Shown one piece after another: positions 57,188 through 64,000 of a DNA stretch of 64,000 nucleotides (position 1 is its first letter; each line of letters begins with the position of its first letter). A program made the position numbers and the translations under genes. A model generated the notes under the pieces. The model made no database searches. It was not told the DNA's origin and saw only the letters and a list, made by a program, of their open reading frames with translations. The stretch covers positions 17,736 through 81,735 of the forward strand of contig CAZWON010000005.1 in assembly GCA_964635565.1 (NCBI GenBank), written 5' to 3'. The stretch comes from an uncultured Planctomycetia bacterium (GTDB lineage: Bacteria; Omnitrophota; Gorgyraeia; Duberdicusellales; 4484-171).

Positions 57188-58137
57188 TCTCTAAATACGC
57201 CTATCTTTCTGAACTTTTCATATCTTTTTAAAACCAACTCTTGCCCAGGAATATTTTTCAGTTCCTCTAATGATTTTAGAAGAGCGTCTTTTACATTAAT
57301 GGCTGCTTTTTGGTAATCTCGGTGAGCTCCTCCTTGAGGCTCAGAAATTACTTCATCAACTATCCCCAAAGAAAGTAACTCTTTACTACTCAACTTAAGG
57401 GCATCCGCAGCTTGTGGAGCCATTTTTGAATCGCGCCATAATATTGCTGCACACCCTTCAGGAGAAATCACAGAATAATAGGCATATTCCATAATCAATA
57501 TCTTATCCCCCACACCTATACCTAATGCTCCTCCACTGCCTCCTTCGCCTATCACTATAACGATAATAGGAACCTTGAGATTAAACATATCTTGAATATT
57601 CTCCGCAATAGCAAGAGCCTGTCCACGTTCCTCTGCTCCTATTCCGGGATAAGCCCCCCGTGTATCAATAAAAGAAACTATGGGCAAAGAAAAGCGCTCT
57701 GCTAATTTCATAATCCTCATTGCCTTACGGTATCCTTCAGGATGAGCACAGCCAAAATTCCTCTCTAAATTCTCTTTTGTATCTTTACCTCTTTGATGCC
57801 CTACAACAGCTATTTTTCTTCCTTCTAATTTTGCTAATCCGCAGACGATTGCTTTATCATCTTTATATAAACGGTCGCCAGAAAGCTCTATAAAATCCTC
57901 CATTATCATTTCTATATAATCCAACGTTGTAGGACGTTTTATATGGCGAGCAATTTGAATCTTCTGCCAAGAAGTAAGATTGGTATAAATTCTTACTTTT
58001 AAATTTCTTAATTTCTCTTCAAGATTATTTATTTCACTGGATAAATCTATCTGTTTATTTAAAGAAAACTCTTTTAATTCTTTTATTTTATTTTCTAACT
58101 CAACTATTGGTTTTTCAAAATCCCAATATTGCACCAT
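57184..58137 (-). CDS. accA: Acetyl-CoA carboxylase carboxyltransferase alpha subunit
   Basis: DFEKPI, PEGYRKA.R, IDT.GAYPG.GAEERGQ, GEGGSGGAL, YSVISPEGCAAILW. Confidence 0.97.
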   Translation of the reverse strand: MVQYWDFEKPIVELENKIKELKEFSLNKQIDLSSEINNLEEKLRNLKVRIYTNLTSWQKIQIARHIKRPTTLDYIEMIMEDFIELSGDRLYKDDKAIVCGLAKLEGRKIAVVGHQRGKDTKENLERNFGCAHPEGYRKAMRIMKLAERFSLPIVSFIDTRGAYPGIGAEERGQALAIAENIQDMFNLKVPIIVIVIGEGGSGGALGIGVGDKILIMEYAYYSVISPEGCAAILWRDSKMAPQAADALKLSSKELLSLGIVDEVISEPQGGAHRDYQKAAINVKDALLKSLEELKNIPGQELVLKRYEKFRKIGVFRE

Positions 58138-58208
58138 TTTTTCTCTTAAAATATTCCTTCTAAAACTCTATTCCTTTAATCTATACATCTATAACCCAAA
58201 TATCTCTA

Positions 58209-59006
58209 TCAATTTACAATAATTACTTCTGTGCCTAAAGGAACGATATCATAAAGTTCCTCAACGTCCTTGTTATGCATCCTGATACAACCTTGAGTGA
58301 CTTGTTTGCCGATATCATTCACATTTCTATTTCCATGTATACCATATCCCTTAATATTTAAACCTATCCAACGTGAACCTAATACATTATCAGGGCTGTC
58401 AGGAAGAACAACAGCGCCAGCTTTAAACCACACAGGTTTTTTTAGTTTATTAGCTACTTTAAATTTCCCTGTGGGAGTAGAGTTATTCTTTCCCGTAGAT
58501 ACCACATAAGTTTTTACTATTCTATCGTTTTGTTTTAAAAAAAGCAGATTTTGAGATTTATCAATAACTATAGAAAATTTACAGGTGTTCACTTTTAACT
58601 TTTGCTGAGGATGGATAATGTCGCTTTTTAATCCATTAGCTTTTTTAATAAGAGCAACAGTTGTGCCAAATTTCTTAGCAATCTTAATTAAAGTATCGTT
58701 AGGTTTTACCGCATATTGTATACTGCATTCATCAAGAAGAGGAGAGAAGATAATATTAATGTTTAATCTTTCTATGTTTTTCTTGATCTTGTCTAATAAA
58801 AAAGAGTTATCTGTAACATCCCTTGCTTTTTCATATAAACGACGCGCTTCTAATAAATCATTCTTTGATAAAGCCACATCTGCTTTATTCAGCAAATCTT
58901 TTAAAGAAACTTTTTCTGTCACAGATCTCTTTGGAATAATAATTATTGTTAATATTACAAAAATAGTTATTCCTATTATTCCCAAAATAAATATATTTCT
59001 TCTCAA
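58209..59006 (-). CDS. LysM + YkuD L,D-transpeptidase
   Basis: Y.VKPNDTL.KIAKKF LysM; TP.GKF, GSRWIGL, YGIHG, TQGCIRM. Confidence 0.92.
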   Translation of the reverse strand: MRRNIFILGIIGITIFVILTIIIIPKRSVTEKVSLKDLLNKADVALSKNDLLEARRLYEKARDVTDNSFLLDKIKKNIERLNINIIFSPLLDECSIQYAVKPNDTLIKIAKKFGTTVALIKKANGLKSDIIHPQQKLKVNTCKFSIVIDKSQNLLFLKQNDRIVKTYVVSTGKNNSTPTGKFKVANKLKKPVWFKAGAVVLPDSPDNVLGSRWIGLNIKGYGIHGNRNVNDIGKQVTQGCIRMHNKDVEELYDIVPLGTEVIIVN

Positions 59007-59023
59007 CCTTGCCTCCCTTTAAA

Positions 59024-59479
59024 TTAATATCCTTTATAAAACAATAAAAAAGTAACTAACCCTACTAATGCACCCATAAAAACTTCAAAAGGAGTATGCC
59101 CTACCAATTCCTTAAGATGATAATCTTCTATTTTCTTTTTTTTCTGGATATCTTCCATGATTAAGTTAAGAACCCTTGCCTGTACTCCAATAGAACGTCG
59201 CCATGTTTGAGCATCAAACATAGTAATAAGAGCTAAAATGGCTGCTAAGGCAAATAAAGCAGAAGAATACCCTGCTTTTTCTCCCACCGAGAAAGTTAAA
59301 GCTGATACTGCCGCACTATGTGCGGAAGGCATTCCTCCTGTTCGCAAGATCCAATAAAAGTTAAATCTTTTCCCTTGAACCAAGCCAATAGCAATCTTTA
59401 TGCCCTGGGCTATAGCCCAACTTAAAAGGGTAATCCAAAGTATTTTATTAGAAAGCACACCGCCCCAAAATTCTCTCAT
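59024..59479 (-). CDS. Divergent PAP2 (DUF212) family membrane protein
   Basis: AQGIK, TGGMPSAHSA, MFDA...RR..G.QA..LN, LKELVGHTPFEV. Confidence 0.92.
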   Translation of the reverse strand: MREFWGGVLSNKILWITLLSWAIAQGIKIAIGLVQGKRFNFYWILRTGGMPSAHSAAVSALTFSVGEKAGYSSALFALAAILALITMFDAQTWRRSIGVQARVLNLIMEDIQKKKKIEDYHLKELVGHTPFEVFMGALVGLVTFLLFYKGY

Positions 59480-59716
59480 AGCTATATTATTATAAGCCTA
59501 AATATTAACCCAATCAAGAAGGAATACTTTCTAGCAAACCACACAAGATTGTAGAAGATTTTATTTTTCCTATAATGTTTTAATAAATAAAAATATTATA
59601 TTGTAAATAAAAATATTATATTGAGAATAAAAGTACTTTTTCTATAATCCTTGAAAAAATATCAATAAAGAGATAAAATTTCTTAGGAAGTATAATTTTT
59701 TGATAAGGAGTTATTA

Positions 59717-61150
59717 ATGTTTTCTGTTACCTTTGTATATATTATAGTAGCAATCATAGGGGTGATAATTGCTTTAATATTAGCTTATCTTGGCACTCTT
59801 CAGTCAAAAGGGAGTACTACTGCTATCGGAAAAACACCAAGAAGCCTTGTAACACCCCCTATTATACACAGTTCTATAAACGAATCAATTGTAAAAGAAA
59901 TACAACCTGTATTACGCTCCCGCAAACACAGTGAGTTAATAAGTAAGAAAATATCACATGTTTTTAATAAAGAGCTGGAAAAACGGATTAATTTGACTGC
60001 ACAGGAAATAAGTAAGAAATATAACGCCCTCATTGAAGAGAAAACTCGCAATGAAGAGATTGCTTTAAAAAAATACAAAAAAGCCATTGTAGAGAAAAGA
60101 GATACAGAGGCAGTAATAAGAAGTATTGCTGAAGGGTTGGTGGTAGTCGACGCAGAAGGTAAAGTTATTATGATGAACCCTGCTGCAGAAAAGCTTTTAG
60201 GGGTAGAAAAAGAAAATACCTTTGGGAAAAAACTTACAGAAAATTTGAAAGAAGAACAACTAATATCATTAATAAAAAGTTCTCCTGATAAAGAAAACAA
60301 AGAGATAGAACTTTCTTCCCCTGACGATGAAACAAAAAAAGTTTTAAGAGCTAGTAGCGCAGTAATAGAAGATGAGAATGGTAAAACTGTAGGAATGGTC
60401 TCAGTATTAAGCGACATCACCAAACAGAGAGAATTAGAAAGGATGAAATCTAACTTTATTGCTAGCGTTTCTCATGAATTAAGGACACCTCTTATTGCTA
60501 TTGAGAAATCAGTATCTTTGCTTCTCTCTAAAACAACAGGCCCTATTTCAGAAACCCAAGAGCAGTTTTTAAAAATCGCCCATCGTAATTTAAAAAGACT
60601 ATCCCGCCTTATAAATGACCTTTTAGACTTATCTAAATTAGAAGCAAAGAAAATGGCGTTAGAACGTAAGATATCTTCTATAAAAGAGATTATTGATGAA
60701 ACAATGGAAACATTCAATACATGGGCAGAAACAAAGTCTATTACCCTTGAAAAAAGAATAGAGGAGAATATACCTATGGTAAATGTAGATCCTTCAAGAA
60801 TAACTCAGGTGCTTACTAATCTTATAGGAAATGCTATTAAATTTACTCCCCAGGGAGGAGCAATAACAGTTGAGGCGCATCATAAAAAAGATGCTTCCTG
60901 TATTGAAGTAAGTGTTGCGGATACAGGCATAGGTATTGATAAACAATACTTAGAAAAGATATTTGACAGATTCTATCAAACAACAGAAAGAGCAACTACT
61001 GATATAAGCGGAACAGGATTGGGACTAAGTATCTGTAAAGAACTTATAGAACTACATGGGGGGAAAATATGGGCAGAAAGTGAAAAAGGATATGGGGCAA
61101 AGTTTATATTTACTCTGCCTTTAACAACTAATTCAAATACTGGAGGTTAA
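59717..61150 (+). CDS. PAS-domain sensor histidine kinase with one N-terminal TM
   Basis: EGLVVVD..G.VI.MNPAAE, VSHELRTPL, NLIGNAIKFT, DTGIGI, GTGLGLSI. Confidence 0.94.
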   Translation: MFSVTFVYIIVAIIGVIIALILAYLGTLQSKGSTTAIGKTPRSLVTPPIIHSSINESIVKEIQPVLRSRKHSELISKKISHVFNKELEKRINLTAQEISKKYNALIEEKTRNEEIALKKYKKAIVEKRDTEAVIRSIAEGLVVVDAEGKVIMMNPAAEKLLGVEKENTFGKKLTENLKEEQLISLIKSSPDKENKEIELSSPDDETKKVLRASSAVIEDENGKTVGMVSVLSDITKQRELERMKSNFIASVSHELRTPLIAIEKSVSLLLSKTTGPISETQEQFLKIAHRNLKRLSRLINDLLDLSKLEAKKMALERKISSIKEIIDETMETFNTWAETKSITLEKRIEENIPMVNVDPSRITQVLTNLIGNAIKFTPQGGAITVEAHHKKDASCIEVSVADTGIGIDKQYLEKIFDRFYQTTERATTDISGTGLGLSICKELIELHGGKIWAESEKGYGAKFIFTLPLTTNSNTGG

Positions 61151-61153
61151 GTT

Positions 61154-61540
61154 ATGGAAAAAAAAGTTAAAATTCTTATGGTAGATGACGAGGAAGATTT
61201 TACTCAACCGATGGCATTCTGGTTTAAGACAAAAGGATACGAAGTCTCTACAGCGAACAATGGCGAAATAGCATTAGAAAAAATTAAAGACGAAAAACCC
61301 GATATAATATTTTTGGATCTTAATATGCCAGTTATGGATGGCTTTGAAACTCTAAAAAGAATAAGAAAAATTGACAAAAATCTCCCTGTAATAGTAATAA
61401 GTGCCTATGCAGACCCTGAAAAAATACAAAGAATGCAACCGCACGGAATCTCAGGAGTTTTTTATAAAGGAAGCGACTTTGAAGAAGGAGTAACTCTTAT
61501 AGAGTCAATATTAAGAACACACAAAAAACTTAAGAAATAA
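61154..61540 (+). CDS. Single-domain response regulator
   Basis: ILMVDDE, IFLDLNMPVMDG, VISAY. Confidence 0.92.
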   Translation: MEKKVKILMVDDEEDFTQPMAFWFKTKGYEVSTANNGEIALEKIKDEKPDIIFLDLNMPVMDGFETLKRIRKIDKNLPVIVISAYADPEKIQRMQPHGISGVFYKGSDFEEGVTLIESILRTHKKLKK

Positions 61541-61589
61541 CTTAAGTTATAATTATTTTATAGATTAATCTTTTCTCTGGGGGGTGAAA

Positions 61590-63119
61590 CTATATCCATA
61601 AACTTTTATCTAAGCTACGATAACGGACTGCTTCAGAAAGATGGAAAGAGGTAATTTCTTCAGATTTATCTAAATCTGCAATAGTTCTACTTACTTTCAG
61701 AATCTTATCATAAGAACGGGCACTTAATTTTAACTCTCTTATTGTTGTTTTAAGTAGTGATTTTGCTTCCTCATTTAATATACAATATTTTTGAAGGTGT
61801 TTATGGTTCATTTGGGCATTAAAAAAAATTTTTTCTTTTTTAAAACGCCTATTTTGAATCTTTCTGGTCTCTTCTACTCTCTTTTTGATCTGATGGGATG
61901 ATTCTACAGGAATATTTTTACTCATTAAATCATCGGTTTTTATACCAGAAAGTTCTATATGAATATCAATACGGTCTAAAAGAGGTCCAGAAATTTTACG
62001 GCGATACTTCTGAATTTGAAAACTTGAACAATGACATGCTTTCTGGAAAGAACCAAAATACCCACAGGGGCAGGGATTCATCGCTGCCACAAGAATAAAG
62101 CGTGAAGGAAAACGCAGGTGTTTTGTTGCCCGAGAAATACTAACAAAACCATCCTCCAATGGTTGTCTTAATGCTTCTAATGAATCACGGGAGAATTCAG
62201 GAAGTTCGTCTAAAAAAAGAACTCCATTATGGGCTAAAGTAATCTCTCCTGGTCTTATATTAGTCCCCCCTCCTACTAAAGCTATACTGGAAGAAGTATG
62301 GTGAGGAGAACGAAATGGTCTTTTTTTCATTAAAGGCTCTTCGCTATTTAAGAAACCGCATACACTATAAATCTTTGTCACTTCCAGTATCTCCTCAAAA
62401 GCCATATCGGGAAGAATCGTGGGTATTCTTCTTGCGAGCATTGTCTTCCCTACGCCTGGTGGACCAATCATAATAAGATTATGCATTCCACTAATAGCAA
62501 CCTCAATAGCCCGCTTGGCAAAAATTTGTCCTTTAACTTCAGAAAAATCCACTTCATAAATGGGTTTTCGGAACATATCTTTTTCTTTTTTTATAATAAA
62601 AGGTGTTTTCTTTGTAATTCCTGACAAAAAAGCAACTGCCTCCGGAAGGTTTTTAACAGGATAAACATCTACCCCTTTAACTAAACCTGCTTCTTTAGCA
62701 TTCTCCCACGGCAAAATAACCTTTTTAGATAAGTCTTTAGCTTTCATTACCATAGGGAATATGCCTCTCACTGGTCTTATATTACCCTCTAAAGAAAGCT
62801 CTCCAAGAATAATATAACCAGATAAATCTAAATTTAACTGGTTGCTGGAATTAAGTAAACATAAAGCAATTGCTAAATCATAATGAGTGCCTTCTTTTTT
62901 TATATTACCAGGAGCTAAATTAATAGTTATTCTCTGGGAAGGAAATTCATAATTAGCATTTTTTATAGCAGAACGGACTCTATCTTTACTTTCCTTTACC
63001 TGTGCATCTCCTAACCCAATGATAAGTAAAGAAGGTAAACCCCTCTGAATATCTACTTCTATTTCTACAGGGTATACCTCTAAACCATTTACACCAAGAG
63101 CAAGTGCTTGGGAAACCAT
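61590..63119 (-). CDS. comM: ComM/YifB Mg-chelatase-like AAA+ ATPase
   Basis: ITINLAP, GELSLEG, GPPGVGKTMLA, RPFRSPHH, GVLFLDELPEF, AAMNPCPCG, ISGPLLDRID. Confidence 0.93.
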   Translation of the reverse strand: MVSQALALGVNGLEVYPVEIEVDIQRGLPSLLIIGLGDAQVKESKDRVRSAIKNANYEFPSQRITINLAPGNIKKEGTHYDLAIALCLLNSSNQLNLDLSGYIILGELSLEGNIRPVRGIFPMVMKAKDLSKKVILPWENAKEAGLVKGVDVYPVKNLPEAVAFLSGITKKTPFIIKKEKDMFRKPIYEVDFSEVKGQIFAKRAIEVAISGMHNLIMIGPPGVGKTMLARRIPTILPDMAFEEILEVTKIYSVCGFLNSEEPLMKKRPFRSPHHTSSSIALVGGGTNIRPGEITLAHNGVLFLDELPEFSRDSLEALRQPLEDGFVSISRATKHLRFPSRFILVAAMNPCPCGYFGSFQKACHCSSFQIQKYRRKISGPLLDRIDIHIELSGIKTDDLMSKNIPVESSHQIKKRVEETRKIQNRRFKKEKIFFNAQMNHKHLQKYCILNEEAKSLLKTTIRELKLSARSYDKILKVSRTIADLDKSEEITSFHLSEAVRYRSLDKSLWI

Positions 63120-63146
63120 AATATCATTTTTAAAACAGATACTCTA

Positions 63147-63314
63147 TTATTTAGCAGTAAGGACTTTTTCGATTAAAATTCTTAGTTTATTTACAATTTC
63201 TCTCGGAAGAATAAACTGTGTTTTTAAGGTGGGGGTAGTAATAACAAATTCAAACATATCTTGATTCTGAGCCACCTTGCGAATTGACACCTGCATTTTA
63301 AAAGAATTACTCAT
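63147..63314 (-). CDS. Small hypothetical protein, 55 aa (absent from the ORF track)
   Basis: MSNSFKMQVSIRKVAQNQDMFEFVITTPTLKTQFILPREIVNKLRILIEKVLTAK; ends 27 nt before comM; upstream TTGACG-17-TATTAT. Confidence 0.5.
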   Translation of the reverse strand: MSNSFKMQVSIRKVAQNQDMFEFVITTPTLKTQFILPREIVNKLRILIEKVLTAK

Positions 63315-63463
63315 CTTTATTAGATGATAATTTCTATTGCTACAAAGTTCCTATTATAATACTGCTAATTTTTTTATTCGTCAAATTATTCTAAATTAAC
63401 CTTAAAAATCACAAAATCAAGTTATTTGACTTTTCTTTTTTATTATGGTATTTAAAATATGTT

Positions 63464-64000
63464 ATGGAAGATAAAGATATAAATCAAAGAATTAAAGAAT
63501 TAGAAGAGGAATTAGAAAAAACTAAATCCCAATTCTATATCTTCTATGAACTTACTCAAGCAATGCGCACAACCTTAAGGTTAGATGAAATCTCTTATAT
63601 TATCCTTACCTGCTTAACTGCCCATCAAGGATTAGGATTTAATCGAGCAATTCTTTTCTTAATTGATGAAATAAAAAATACCATTAAGGGATTTATGGGT
63701 TTGGGTCCGGTAGACACTGAAGAAGCAAATAAAATCTGGAAGCTTATTGAGGAACAAAAAATGGACCTATATGCTTTAATAGAAACCTACCGACGCATAA
63801 AAGAAGGAAAATTTCAACCTAAACTTATGGAATTAACCCGCTCGTTAGAATTTCCTCTCCAGGAAAGCTCAGGTCTTATCTATGAAACATTATATGAAGT
63901 AGTGCCTATCTATATAAAAAATCATGATAGTGAAAAATACAAAGATGACCCTTTAATAAAAAAATTGAGCCTAAAAGAGTTTGTCCTCACTCCTCTTTGG
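63464..64000 (+). CDS. Partial GAF-domain signalling protein running off the window (possibly a diguanylate cyclase or kinase)
   Basis: MEDKDINQRIKELEEEL...ELTQAMRTTLRLDEI.YIILT..TAHQGLGFNRAILFL; no stop seen before 64000. Confidence 0.75.
   Translation, partial: MEDKDINQRIKELEEELEKTKSQFYIFYELTQAMRTTLRLDEISYIILTCLTAHQGLGFNRAILFLIDEIKNTIKGFMGLGPVDTEEANKIWKLIEEQKMDLYALIETYRRIKEGKFQPKLMELTRSLEFPLQESSGLIYETLYEVVPIYIKNHDSEKYKDDPLIKKLSLKEFVLTPLW

Noticed and set aside
59800-60423. 207-aa antisense ORF and other shadow ORFs (e.g. 737-976, 8519-8896, 13700-14071, 31106-31528, 58618-59022)
   Set aside because: They lie opposite or within well-supported genes and have no motifs; expected from codon bias.

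Overview
AT-rich bacterial chromosomal window with no phage, transposase, rRNA or CRISPR. The gene repertoire suggests an anaerobic diderm, possibly Candidatus Omnitrophota/PVC (inference only). It holds housekeeping genes (hisF-hisI, gatCAB, tsaD, ctpA, HU, rlmN, accA, tRNA-Met), a protein-only RNase P (HARP), a bactofilin-HTH/HTH-TM gene pair, a GH94 phosphorylase, and a 16 kb type IV pilus/T2SS-like cluster with two assembly ATPases and a c-di-GMP input module. The strongest candidate for an undescribed system is the minus-strand operon at 40229-27645. It encodes an acyl-CoA ligase, a B12-dependent radical SAM enzyme, a nucleoside phosphorylase, an MtnA-like isomerase plus a truncated paralog, a class II aldolase fused to an SCP2 lipid-carrier domain, an aldehyde dehydrogenase, and an MMPL/DUF1329/DUF1302 trans-envelope module. 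A perfect 36-bp palindrome overlaps its promoter. The enzyme set parallels the 5'-substituted adenosine -> X-acetaldehyde -> X-acetate route but appears adapted to a lipid. Also present are dispersed 10-mer (ACACAGAT) inverted-repeat elements, 7-mer arrays (two inside genes), and several apparently leaderless genes. All calls come from motif recognition by eye; no database searches were run.
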